DNA of 64,000 bases from Bacteroidota bacterium. Lineage in GTDB: Bacteria > Bacteroidota > Bacteroidia > Bacteroidales > F082. The notes beneath the pieces are model-generated. The model had not been told where the DNA came from, did not search any database, and saw only the letters and a list, made by a program, of their open reading frames with translations. The stretch lies in contig CANNKD010000001.1 of assembly GCA_947505205.1 (NCBI GenBank), positions 15,744-79,743 on the forward strand, given 5' to 3'. Of the stretch, positions 29,059-38,518 are shown in pieces (the first letter of the stretch is position 1; the number at the start of each line of letters is the position of its first letter). The translations under genes and the position numbers were made by a program.

Positions 29059-29268
29059 ATGAAGAGAAACTCTACGATGTTTGTTTCAAAAAAGTTTTTT
29101 CCAGATTTCCAAAGCAGTTTTTTACAATCTATTGAAAAGTCGTTTGAATCACGTTATGCGAATCAGCTCCCAAGCGAAAAAAACCGCTTGTTTGTTGTGC
29201 AATATGCCTGTGCATTTGAAATTCATGCTTCCAACGGAATGGGAAATATTGATACTTTTGTAAACTAA
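29059..29268 (+). CDS. Hypothetical small protein (uncertain; may be non-coding)
   Basis: 69-aa ORF followed by a strong terminator. No TM segment or motif. Two other frames are also open here. Confidence 0.25.
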   Translation: MKRNSTMFVSKKFFPDFQSSFLQSIEKSFESRYANQLPSEKNRLFVVQYACAFEIHASNGMGNIDTFVN

Positions 29269-29278
29269 AACTTTTTTG

Positions 29279-29316
29279 AAAACCCTCACCAGCTTTAAAC
29301 TTTGTGAGGGTTTTTT
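29279..29316 (+). terminator. Rho-independent terminator
   Basis: aaaaccctcac / gtgagggtttt 11-bp stem followed by a T6 run. It ends 8 nt before the nth ATG. Confidence 0.6.
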
Positions 29317-29323
29317 CTTTGAA

Positions 29324-29998
29324 ATGAAAAAGAAAAAAATACAAGATTCAGATTTACTTACGATTAAGTATCAAGCAATTATCAATTGGTTTACGGTGAA
29401 TATGCCTGTTGCCGAAACAGAATTGGTATTTGATTCCCCGTACCAGTTGCTTGTTGCCGTTATTCTATCAGCGCAATGCACCGATAAAAGAGTGAATTTG
29501 ATCGCACCATCTTTTTTTGAATCTTTCCCAACAGCATCGGCTCTTGCAGAAGCAAATATTGATGCTATTTTTGACAAGATCAAGAGTTGTACCTACCCGA
29601 ATAACAAGGCTAAAAATCTTCTGGGTATGGCAAAAAAATTAGTATTGGAATTTAATGAAGTTGTTCCCGCTTCTGTGGATGAGCTTCAAAAATTGCCCGG
29701 TGTCGGTCGAAAAACAGCAAATGTAATTGCATCGGTTGTGTTCCAGAAACCTGCGATGGCTGTTGATACACATGTTTTTAGGGTTTCGGAGCGCATTGGG
29801 TTGACCAAAAATGCGAAAAACCCTTTGGATTCTGAAAGGCAGCTTGTCGCAAATTTTCCTGAAGAACTAATTCCTATAGCACATCACTGGCTTATTTTAC
29901 ACGGCAGATATGTCTGTAAAGCGCGCAAACCGCTTTGTAAGGAGTGTGGAATTATAAATTTGTGTGATTGGTATGCGAATTCGAATCAGGTTCAGTAA
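29324..29998 (+). CDS. nth: Endonuclease III
   Basis: HhH-GPD motif (LPGVGRKTANV), catalytic Lys/Asp region, C-terminal 4Fe-4S loop CKARKPLCKECGIINLC. Confidence 0.93.
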   Translation: MKKKKIQDSDLLTIKYQAIINWFTVNMPVAETELVFDSPYQLLVAVILSAQCTDKRVNLIAPSFFESFPTASALAEANIDAIFDKIKSCTYPNNKAKNLLGMAKKLVLEFNEVVPASVDELQKLPGVGRKTANVIASVVFQKPAMAVDTHVFRVSERIGLTKNAKNPLDSERQLVANFPEELIPIAHHWLILHGRYVCKARKPLCKECGIINLCDWYANSNQVQ

Positions 29999-30057
29999 AA
30001 TCCATATTTCCTTTTCGAAATTATTAAAGAAATATTTCGTGGAAGTGGAATAATGGT

Positions 30058-30065
30058 TATTTTTG
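30058..30065 (+). promoter_or_regulatory. -7 promoter element TAttTTTG
   Basis: TAnnTTTG, 24 nt upstream of the bcp ATG. Confidence 0.4.
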
Positions 30066-30088
30066 TACAATAACCAAAAATCAGCATT

Positions 30089-30538
30089 ATGTTAGAAGTT
30101 GGCCAAAAGATTCCCGAGTTTTCAACACTGGATCAACATGGAAATACAGTTGTTTCAGGCGATTTTATTGGGAAGAAGATCATCATTTATTTCTATCCAA
30201 AAGATGATACTCCGGGTTGTACCAAGGAAGCTTGTAATCTTAAAGATAATCACGAACTTCTTGTCAATCAAGGATATACTGTTTTGGGTGTAAGTCCGGA
30301 TACTGTGAATTCACATCATAAATTCGCAACAAAATTTGAATTGCCTTTTCAATTATTAGCCGATACTGATTTAACAATTACCAAAGCTTTTGGTGCCTGG
30401 GGTGAGAAAAATAACTACGGTAAAAAATATTTTGGTTTGTTACGTACTACTTTTGTTGTCGATGAAAATGGAATAATAGAATCTGTAATTAAGAAGGTAA
30501 AGACAGATGATCATACTGCACAAATTTTAAAGAAATAA
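30089..30538 (+). CDS. bcp: Thioredoxin-dependent peroxiredoxin Bcp
   Basis: YFYPKDDTPGCTKEAC active-site motif. 149 aa. Confidence 0.92.
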   Translation: MLEVGQKIPEFSTLDQHGNTVVSGDFIGKKIIIYFYPKDDTPGCTKEACNLKDNHELLVNQGYTVLGVSPDTVNSHHKFATKFELPFQLLADTDLTITKAFGAWGEKNNYGKKYFGLLRTTFVVDENGIIESVIKKVKTDDHTAQILKK

Positions 30539-30563
30539 TAAGAAATCAAATTAAGGAGATATT

Positions 30564-31592
30564 ATGACAAGCGAAAAATCAAAAGAAAGCGTCGATAAAT
30601 TGCGCATGGAGAAATTGAAAGCTCTTGAAGTTACTCTAGGTAATATTGAAAAGACATACGGCAAAGGAAGCATCATGAAATTAGGTGATAATGCTATCGA
30701 AAAAATTGAATGCATTTCAACCGGTTCAATTGGCTTAGATCAGGCTTTGGGTGTAGGTGGTTTACCAAAAGGCAGAGTAACAGAAATTTACGGACCTGAG
30801 AGTTCAGGTAAAACCACTCTTGCGTTGCATGTTATTGCCGAAGCTCAGAAAGCTGGTGGTATCGCTGCATTTATTGATGCAGAACATGCATTTGATCGAT
30901 TTTATGCTCAGAAATTGGGTGTTGACATTGAGAATTTATTGATTTCTCAACCCGACAATGGTGAGCAGGCATTGGAAATCACCGAAAACCTGATTCGTTC
31001 AGGGGCAATTGATGTAATAGTGATTGACTCGGTGGCTGCTCTCACGCCAAAGAGTGAAATCGAAGGTGAAATGGGCGATTCGAAAATGGGACTTCAGGCC
31101 CGTTTGATGTCGCAAGCATTGCGTAAGTTAACAGGAACGATCAGTAAAACAGGTTCCGTTTGTATTTTTATCAATCAATTACGCGACAAAATTGGTGTAA
31201 TGTTCGGCAGTCCAGAAACTACAACCGGAGGAAATGCACTAAAGTTCTATAGTTCAGTACGTTTGGATATTCGAAAAGTTAGCCAGATTAAAGATGGAGA
31301 TAATATTACCGGTAACCGTGTGAAAGTGAAGGTGGTGAAGAACAAAGTTGCCCCTCCATTTAAAAAAGCAGAGTTTGACATCGTTTATGGTGAAGGAATT
31401 TCTCGCACCGGAGAAATTATTGATTTAGGTGTAGAATTGAATATCATCAAGAAAAGTGGATCCTGGTTTAGCTACGGAGAAACCCGTCTTGGACAAGGAA
31501 GAGATGGTGTTTGTAGTATTATTGCGCAAAATCCTGAATTAATGAATGAATTGGAAGCCAAAGTAAGAGCTGCGCTTGCCAATCAGGCATAA
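30564..31592 (+). CDS. recA: Recombinase RecA
   Basis: GPESSGKTT Walker [10 protein letters not shown], and L1/L2 loop regions. 342 aa. Confidence 0.98.
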   Translation: MTSEKSKESVDKLRMEKLKALEVTLGNIEKTYGKGSIMKLGDNAIEKIECISTGSIGLDQALGVGGLPKGRVTEIYGPESSGKTTLALHVIAEAQKAGGIAAFIDAEHAFDRFYAQKLGVDIENLLISQPDNGEQALEITENLIRSGAIDVIVIDSVAALTPKSEIEGEMGDSKMGLQARLMSQALRKLTGTISKTGSVCIFINQLRDKIGVMFGSPETTTGGNALKFYSSVRLDIRKVSQIKDGDNITGNRVKVKVVKNKVAPPFKKAEFDIVYGEGISRTGEIIDLGVELNIIKKSGSWFSYGETRLGQGRDGVCSIIAQNPELMNELEAKVRAALANQA

Positions 31593-31604
31593 AATTGAAT
31601 CCAT

Positions 31605-31634
31605 AAATTCAGATCACTACGGTGATCTGAATTT
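31605..31634 (+). terminator. Rho-independent terminator after recA
   Basis: 13-bp perfect stem aaattcagatcac / gtgatctgaattt with loop tacg. Confidence 0.7.
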
Positions 31635-31672
31635 CAATTTGTTATTAAATATTTACCTTTCAATAATAGTTG

Positions 31673-32680
31673 ATGAAGAAATCCATTTTCATTTTTGGAA
31701 TTATTATTTCTACAATAGTATCTTGCACGCAAACCGGAAAACAAAGCGATGAAGGTAAGCATGAAACGAAATCACCAATAGTTTTACTGACAGATTCGAT
31801 TGCACAGGATAGCACAAATATTTTTTTACTGAATCGTCGAGCACAATATTTTATTCAACAGCACGAGCTCAGCAAAGCATTGATCGATTTGAATAAAGCG
31901 CTGTTAATCAATTCGAAGGAGCCAAAATTATTTGTCACATTGGCTGAAATTTATTTTCAGCTTGGGAAAATTGAAAATTGTTCCTCCTCTCTTTTGAAGG
32001 CTATTGATTTGAATCCGCTGGAATTAGAAGCCTTTAATAAGCTAACGCAACTGAACCTTCTCAATAAACGCTTTGATGTTGCGATGTCTTACAATGAAAA
32101 AGCATTGGAAATCGATAAATTTAATCCTAAAACATTATATATCAGAGGAATGCTATTTTTGGCAAAGGAAGATACCGTTTCGGCAATGAAAAACTTTCAG
32201 CTTTCTCATGATAATAAACCAGATTTTTATGATGCTTTAATCCAGATTGGAGCCATTTTAAATAAACAACATAGTCCACTCGCAGCGGATTATTTGAAGA
32301 AAGCTGTATTCTATTTTCCTGAATCTTCACAGGCACGTTACGAACTTGCGCTTTATTTTCAGGAAAATGAAAGACCAAATGAAGCTATGGCTCAGTATGA
32401 TACAATGATGATGTTTTTTCCGGTGAACAAATATGTATTATACAATATTGGTTATTTGTATTTGGTCTTTGGGCAGCAATTCGATAGCGCAATATATTAT
32501 TTTGATAAATCGCTAACAATTGATCCTCAATATGTTGACGCGTTATACAACAAAGGTAGGACTTTGGAGGAAATGGGAAAATTGATGGCTGCCAAAGAGA
32601 TTTACCAGGATGTGTTGGCACACAATGCCAATTACCAACTTGCTATCGATGGTTTAAACCGTATCGACCTAAAGAAATAA
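31673..32680 (+). CDS. TPR-repeat lipoprotein
   Basis: Lipoprotein signal MKKSIFIFGIIISTIVSC, then multiple 34-aa TPR-like repeats. Confidence 0.8.
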   Translation: MKKSIFIFGIIISTIVSCTQTGKQSDEGKHETKSPIVLLTDSIAQDSTNIFLLNRRAQYFIQQHELSKALIDLNKALLINSKEPKLFVTLAEIYFQLGKIENCSSSLLKAIDLNPLELEAFNKLTQLNLLNKRFDVAMSYNEKALEIDKFNPKTLYIRGMLFLAKEDTVSAMKNFQLSHDNKPDFYDALIQIGAILNKQHSPLAADYLKKAVFYFPESSQARYELALYFQENERPNEAMAQYDTMMMFFPVNKYVLYNIGYLYLVFGQQFDSAIYYFDKSLTIDPQYVDALYNKGRTLEEMGKLMAAKEIYQDVLAHNANYQLAIDGLNRIDLKK

Positions 32681-32681
32681 T

Positions 32682-33032
32682 TTACTCTTCAAAATCAGGT
32701 CGCAGTGCATGCAAATCATCGATTAAATCTGCACCAGCGATACATAATTCATCGTAAATACGTTGTAAATCGGTGGCATCATTGTTAATTCCTTTATACT
32801 CAAGTTCTTTGGCCAATTGCTGAGGAACAGCGGCAACAAAGTTGGCAATTACCCCTTTTACGCTATGTGCATCGAACTTCAGCGCACTGAAATCGAGTTT
32901 CTGTATATCTTTCTTTAATGCTTCCATTCGTTGTGGATACTCAGTTAAAAAAATGTCTATAATCTCAACAACAATTGACTTGTCGAAATATTGAAACGTG
33001 TCCATAAATGCTACCCGATCGATTACTTTCAT
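32682..33032 (-). CDS. Stand-alone Hpt (histidine phosphotransfer) domain protein
   Basis: 116 aa, four-helix-size protein with the HSVKG phospho-His motif. Confidence 0.72.
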   Translation of the reverse strand: MKVIDRVAFMDTFQYFDKSIVVEIIDIFLTEYPQRMEALKKDIQKLDFSALKFDAHSVKGVIANFVAAVPQQLAKELEYKGINNDATDLQRIYDELCIAGADLIDDLHALRPDFEE

Positions 33033-33072
33033 ATTCTTGTTTATAAATGTTGTTTACAATACTTGAATAATA

Positions 33073-33080
33073 CAAATATA
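33073..33080 (-). promoter_or_regulatory. -7 promoter element TAtaTTTG (minus strand)
   Basis: Plus strand reads CAAAtaTA, 41 nt upstream of the Hpt ATG. Confidence 0.3.
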
Positions 33081-33120
33081 GAATAAATGATAATTCGAAT
33101 GAAAAGTAATATCAAAACAA

Positions 33121-35643
33121 TTAAAAACCAAGCAATGTACCTATCTGAAATACAGAAAATGCAACGATATAGGCTAATAAAGTGGTATATACAGTTGTAA
33201 ATAATGGCCATTTCCATTGGCCGGTTTCCTTTTTAATGGCTGCAAATACCGCAATGCAAGGAAAATAAATCAAAATAAATATTAAAAATGTCAAAGCTAC
33301 CAGTGGTGTCATCGTTGGTTTACCTAATTTTTCACCAGATGTATAACGTTGTTCCTTAAGTTTCACACCTAATGTTCCCGTATTTCCATGTCCGAAATCA
33401 GATTCATACAAGACACCCATTGTTGAGATAATAATTTCTTTGGCAGCAGAACCGGCAATCAAACTTACGCCCATTTTCCAATCGAAACCGAGTGGTCGAA
33501 TTGCCGGCTCGATGAACATCCCGATTCTGCCAATGATTGAGTTTTCATTTTTCAACCTGATTCGTTCATTTTGGACTTTCAAAATATTTTTAGTACGTTC
33601 AATTTCAATATTGGTTATCGATTGCGTGTTGTGCTGAGCGATTACAAGCTGTTCATCATAAGCATGGTTGATGTTTTGTATCTTTATATCACTCTGAATA
33701 TCAATTGATTTACCTTTAGGGAAATAGCCAAGTGCCCAAATAAGCAGTGAAGCGAATAAAATGATCGTTCCCATTTTTTTTAGGTATTGAACACCTTTAA
33801 ACCAGGTTTGCCTGAAAATTGCTTTGCCCGTGGGAATACGATAGGGTGGAAGCTCCATCACAAAAGGTAATTCCTGGGTTCTGAAAAGGATTTTTTTAAA
33901 AAACCAAGCCAGAAATCCGGCAAAAATAATTCCTAACAGATATATTCCAAACAAAATTGTTCCTTGAAATGCAGGAAAAAAAGCACTGATAATCAATATG
34001 TAAACCGGATATCGTGCGCTACACGACATGAATGGAATGATCATCATCGTGACCAATCGATCACTTTTATTTTCGATAGTGCGTGTGGCCATGATCGCTG
34101 GAACATTGCACCCAAAACCCATTAAAAGAGGAATAAAGGATCGGCCATGTAAGCCAATATGGTGCATCACTTTGTCAACAATAAATGCTACACGAGCCAT
34201 ATACCCAGAAGTTTCCAATAAACTCAGAAAGAAAAATAATATTAGAATATTGGGAAGGAAGACAATAACACCACCAACACCTCCAATAATTCCATCAACA
34301 ACTAAGTCACGTAAAATATTGTCAGACAAGTTATTGTAGAAAAATTGTCCCAAATATGACATCAATTGTTCGATCCAATGCATTGGATAGGAACCCAAAA
34401 TAAATGTTGCCTCAAAAATAATCCACATGATAAGTAGGAAAACAGGATAACTATAGAATTTTCCGGTTAAAATGTTGTCAATCCGATGACTTCTTGTTTT
34501 CAATTTTCGAATCGCAGGGTTATAAGTTTCACGTAATGCACCCTCAATAAATCCATATTTTGCATCTGTAATTACTGTTTCCGTAACTTCATCATATTGA
34601 TTTTCAATTAGTTTAGAATATTGATTAGCCTTGGAAAGAATTTGAGTTGCATTTGTGCAGGAAGAAATTCTGGTTTTTTCCTCCTGATCGTTTTCGAGTA
34701 ATTTGATGGCAAGATATCTTGGTGAAACAATAGAAGTAAGATCGGTATTGCCCTCGATATTAATTAGTTTTTGAATCTCTTTGATTGCATTTTCGATTTC
34801 ATTTCCATAGTTAATGTGAATATGCCTGATATTCGGATCGTTATCCTCATAAACACTGATAATTCTCCTGAATAATTCTTCAATTCCTGTCCCTCTCGAT
34901 CCAATTGTTGGAATCATTGGGATACCTAACATTTGAGAAAGGCTTTGATATTCAAATTGATCACCGGCTTTCAACAATTCATCATGCATATTTAATGCCA
35001 CCACAATTTTGATATCCATATCAACTAATTGCGTAGTCAGATATAGATTTCGTTCAAGATTCGAAGTATCGACCACGTTCAATACAATATCTGGTATATT
35101 ATTGAAAATATGGTTTCTAACATATAATTCTTCAGGTGAATAACTGGAAATGCTGTAAGTCCCGGGTAAATCCGTTAATTGAAAAGTGTATCCATCCAAT
35201 TTGAAAGTAGCTATTTTTGCATCAATCGTAACACCGGCATAATTGGCAACTCGCTCTCTCGAGTTTGATGCAAAATTGAAAATAGTGGTTTTTCCTGAAT
35301 TTGGATTTCCGACCAACGCGACAGAGATTTCTTTTGATCGGACAGCCGGAATAAGGTGTAAAGATTGTTCTATTTCATGTACGCCATGAAAATTGGATTC
35401 CGGATTTAGTCTTAGTTCATTGGCTGATAATACTTCGATGAGTTTCGCTTCACTGCGCCGAAGTGAAACTTCATAACCCAAAATATTATATTCTATTGGA
35501 TCCTGTAAAGGCGCATTTTTAACAACAATCACCTGTTTTCCAACAATGAATCCCATTTCGATAATGCGTTTTCGAAATGCTCCGCGACCCTTTACTTTGG
35601 AGATAATCCCATGTTCACCTTCTTTTAACTCAGCAAGTGTCAT
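33121..35643 (-). CDS. feoB: Ferrous iron transporter FeoB with N-terminal FeoA fusion
   Basis: FeoA-like SH3 domain (aa 1-75), G-domain GNPNSGKTT / DLPG, then polytopic permease. 840 aa. Confidence 0.93.
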   Translation of the reverse strand: MTLAELKEGEHGIISKVKGRGAFRKRIIEMGFIVGKQVIVVKNAPLQDPIEYNILGYEVSLRRSEAKLIEVLSANELRLNPESNFHGVHEIEQSLHLIPAVRSKEISVALVGNPNSGKTTIFNFASNSRERVANYAGVTIDAKIATFKLDGYTFQLTDLPGTYSISSYSPEELYVRNHIFNNIPDIVLNVVDTSNLERNLYLTTQLVDMDIKIVVALNMHDELLKAGDQFEYQSLSQMLGIPMIPTIGSRGTGIEELFRRIISVYEDNDPNIRHIHINYGNEIENAIKEIQKLINIEGNTDLTSIVSPRYLAIKLLENDQEEKTRISSCTNATQILSKANQYSKLIENQYDEVTETVITDAKYGFIEGALRETYNPAIRKLKTRSHRIDNILTGKFYSYPVFLLIMWIIFEATFILGSYPMHWIEQLMSYLGQFFYNNLSDNILRDLVVDGIIGGVGGVIVFLPNILILFFFLSLLETSGYMARVAFIVDKVMHHIGLHGRSFIPLLMGFGCNVPAIMATRTIENKSDRLVTMMIIPFMSCSARYPVYILIISAFFPAFQGTILFGIYLLGIIFAGFLAWFFKKILFRTQELPFVMELPPYRIPTGKAIFRQTWFKGVQYLKKMGTIILFASLLIWALGYFPKGKSIDIQSDIKIQNINHAYDEQLVIAQHNTQSITNIEIERTKNILKVQNERIRLKNENSIIGRIGMFIEPAIRPLGFDWKMGVSLIAGSAAKEIIISTMGVLYESDFGHGNTGTLGVKLKEQRYTSGEKLGKPTMTPLVALTFLIFILIYFPCIAVFAAIKKETGQWKWPLFTTVYTTLLAYIVAFSVFQIGTLLGF

Positions 35644-35760
35644 AAATCCTTTTCTTCAGATGCAAAGAAAATGAGAAAATCAATCCTACTGAATACCCAT
35701 GTTTAGGGATAGTTTAGTTTTAAGAAGGAGATTGTGAAAATTAAACTATATTATTTAATA

Positions 35761-36312
35761 TCAATCATCTAAATCAAATAGATTACTGTCTGAAGTCGAT
35801 TCAACAATGGTTTTTGAGTTTAAAGAGTGAATAATCGGCAATAAGTTTGACAGTTTATTTCCCCAATTTGTTTCGAATAAATGTTTGATATCGTGAATGG
35901 CATTTTCGCGCGACGAAAGACTGTTTTTCCGGTAAAGTGTTACAAAGTCTTTGATGTCCTGATAAGCATCGGACAGATTTTCAGCAATACTTAATTTAAT
36001 ACCTTCTGAATTCTCCATTTGATTTTCAAGCATAAAGAATTCATCGTCATTCCCAAGGATTTTTCTTAATGCAAGGAATATTATTTCCCATTGTTCTTCC
36101 GTGACAAAACGTTCAGCTGACTCAGGATCAGTAGGTTGTATATCATGTATAAGTGTTCCGCGTAAATATAGAAGTGGAATGAAACTTTGAAGAGATTTCA
36201 ATAAATCCGCTTTATTTAGCGACGAACATGATTCAAGTAAATTGCAAAATTCGGAACTTATGGTAACCAATTCAAGTACATTTCGGGTGAGCGTTGGATC
36301 TTTTTCAGACAT
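35761..36312 (-). CDS. Hypothetical protein, DUF5063-like
   Basis: 183 aa, helical, acidic. The pattern VLELVTISSEFCNLLE resembles DUF5063 proteins of Bacteroidota. Confidence 0.5.
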   Translation of the reverse strand: MSEKDPTLTRNVLELVTISSEFCNLLESCSSLNKADLLKSLQSFIPLLYLRGTLIHDIQPTDPESAERFVTEEQWEIIFLALRKILGNDDEFFMLENQMENSEGIKLSIAENLSDAYQDIKDFVTLYRKNSLSSRENAIHDIKHLFETNWGNKLSNLLPIIHSLNSKTIVESTSDSNLFDLDD

Positions 36313-36334
36313 TTATATTTTGGTTTTATTAAAA

Positions 36335-36365
36335 AAAATAGCACGTTATAATGACGTGCTATTTT
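36335..36365 (-). terminator. Rho-independent terminator after the pgm-containing operon
   Basis: 12-bp stem aaaatagcacgt / acgtgctatttt. On the minus strand it is followed by a T8 run. Confidence 0.7.
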
Positions 36366-36383
36366 ATATTAAATAATTAATAT

Positions 36384-38123
36384 TTAGATACTTAGGGATT
36401 GAATTATCATGTCAATCTTTTCCTCCAGTTCTTTATCAACCGAATGATAATCTTCCCTGCGATTCAATTTCCCTTTTATGCCGAAATAGAATTTAATTTT
36501 TGGTTCGGTACCTGAAGGGCGAATGCTAATTTTACTGCCGTCTTCGGTTATAAACTGTAAAACATCAGATTTTGGCAGGTCTATTTTTTCAATTTTACCA
36601 TCGAGTATCGATTTTGAAGTGCCATATTCATAGTCTTTTAACATAATTAACCGAGATCCGGCAATGGTTGTTGGTGGATCATTTCTGAATCTTTCCATCA
36701 TCGCAATGATTTCTTCTGCACCTGCTTTGCCTTTTTTGGTCACAGAAAGAAGTTTCTCTTTATAGAAACCAAATTCAACATAGATATCTTTCAATAACTC
36801 AAACATACTTTTCCCTTGATCTGCAGCCCAAACGGCTGTTTCGGCTAACATTTGGCATGCAATGATGGCATCTTTGTCTCGAACAAAATCACCAACCAGG
36901 TAACCATAGCTTTCTTCTCCACCGCCGATGAAGGATTTTTTACCCTCTAACTTTTTAATGATATCGGCAATATATTTGAATCCGGTTAAAACATCATATT
37001 TTTCAACTTTATATTTTGAAGCAATATCAAACAAAAGCTCTGAAGTAACAATGGTTTTTACAATAAATTCCTGCCCTTTAATCTTCCCGTTTTCATTCCA
37101 TTTATGTAAGAGGTAGTAAATCAATAAAGTAGCTGCCTGGTTTCCATTCAAAAGGATGAATTCACCTTTATCATTTTTTACCGCAATACCAACTCTGTCA
37201 GCATCCGGATCTGTAGCCATCACCAATTCAGCATTCACCTCATAAGCTCGTTCGATGGCCATACTTAATGCAGCAGGTTCTTCCGGGTTTGGTGATTTTA
37301 CTGTCGGGAAATTTCCATCAACAACATTCTGAGCATCAACACCATATATTGATTCAAATCCGGCTGCTTTCAATGCTTTTGGAACTAAATTCACACCGGT
37401 TCCATGAATGGGCGTATAGACGATCTTGAAATTCTTATTGCGTTTTATTATTTCGGATGAAAGGCTGAGCGATTGGACCTTTGCCAAATAAATATTGTCG
37501 AATTCCTCGCTCAAAACTGTAATTAGCTCAGGTTTTGCATTAAAATTCACTTTTGAAGGATCGGTAATCTTACCAACCTCGATGATGACATTTTTATCAT
37601 GAGGCAAAATCAGCTGTCCGCCATCGTCCCAATATGCCTTGTAACCATTGTATTCCTTTGGATTATGCGATGCAGTAATAACTACACCACTCTGACAGCC
37701 AAAATGACGGATTGCAAAAGACAATTCGGGTGTAGGGCGCAGACTTTCAAATACATACACGTGAATTCCGTTAGCCGACAAAACCTGTGCTGTAATTTCA
37801 GAAAAATAAGAACTGTTGTTGCGACAGTCGTATGCAATCGCCATACTTATTTTTTCTTTGCCTTTGAACATCATTTTCACGTAGTTAGCCAAGCCTTGCG
37901 TAGCCATCGCGACAGTATATTTGTTCATCCTGTTTGTGCCAACACCCATGATGCCTCGCAAACCGCCGGTTCCAAATTCCAGATTCCTGTAAAAACTCTC
38001 TGTTAGTTCCTGAGGTTCATTTTCAATGAGCTGTTGAACTTGCTTAATAGTCTCATTATCATAGGGTTTATTAAGCCATTCCTGAGCTTTTTTCAATACC
38101 TGTGGGTCTAAATCGTTGTTCAT
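36384..38123 (-). CDS. Phospho-sugar mutase (phosphoglucomutase/phosphomannomutase family)
   Basis: Active-site TASHNP, Mg loop DPDADR, sugar-binding GGEESYG. 579 aa. Confidence 0.9.
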   Translation of the reverse strand: MNNDLDPQVLKKAQEWLNKPYDNETIKQVQQLIENEPQELTESFYRNLEFGTGGLRGIMGVGTNRMNKYTVAMATQGLANYVKMMFKGKEKISMAIAYDCRNNSSYFSEITAQVLSANGIHVYVFESLRPTPELSFAIRHFGCQSGVVITASHNPKEYNGYKAYWDDGGQLILPHDKNVIIEVGKITDPSKVNFNAKPELITVLSEEFDNIYLAKVQSLSLSSEIIKRNKNFKIVYTPIHGTGVNLVPKALKAAGFESIYGVDAQNVVDGNFPTVKSPNPEEPAALSMAIERAYEVNAELVMATDPDADRVGIAVKNDKGEFILLNGNQAATLLIYYLLHKWNENGKIKGQEFIVKTIVTSELLFDIASKYKVEKYDVLTGFKYIADIIKKLEGKKSFIGGGEESYGYLVGDFVRDKDAIIACQMLAETAVWAADQGKSMFELLKDIYVEFGFYKEKLLSVTKKGKAGAEEIIAMMERFRNDPPTTIAGSRLIMLKDYEYGTSKSILDGKIEKIDLPKSDVLQFITEDGSKISIRPSGTEPKIKFYFGIKGKLNRREDYHSVDKELEEKIDMIIQSLSI

Positions 38124-38518
38124 GATTGATTTCTTTTAGGATTGTTTATTTTTTTAAATCCATCAATGAGTCTTGATTGATGGATGTCGAGTAATATGCC
38201 AAGTTGGTAGCCCGAAAAGGCAAGAGCTGTGTTTAGCCTGATGAGATGCATGGGAATATCCTCGGGCTTTGCGATAATTTCGATGAGAACTTCTTCTTCA
38301 ATTGACAAATCAATGTTAATCTGATCGTCAATCTTTAATCCTTTATAATTTACACTAAAACAAGGATTTGGACGAAATCGAAGCGATCTGAGTCGCAATT
38401 CGTGCATGAGACAACTTTTGTAAACAGATGCGATTACACCCGGTCCGGTAAACGCATGTACTTCTCTTGCTGCTTCGTATATTTGTGTAACAAGATTACT
38501 TCTTTTGATTTTGTCCAT
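38120..38518 (-). CDS. GxxExxY-family (PD-(D/E)XK-like) small protein, motif variant GVIASVY
   Basis: 132 aa. Family-like pattern ...HAFTGPGVIASVYKSCLMHELRLRSL... Overlaps the rfbD 3' end by 23 nt and the pgm start by ATGA. Confidence 0.7.
   Translation of the reverse strand: MDKIKRSNLVTQIYEAAREVHAFTGPGVIASVYKSCLMHELRLRSLRFRPNPCFSVNYKGLKIDDQINIDLSIEEEVLIEIIAKPEDIPMHLIRLNTALAFSGYQLGILLDIHQSRLIDGFKKINNPKRNQS

Noticed and set aside
35644-35760. Possible Fur box upstream of feoAB (minus-strand attgattttctcatttt).
   Set aside because: It only loosely resembles the GATAATGATAATCATTATC-type consensus. I cannot score it reliably by eye, and the Bacteroidota Fur motif may differ.
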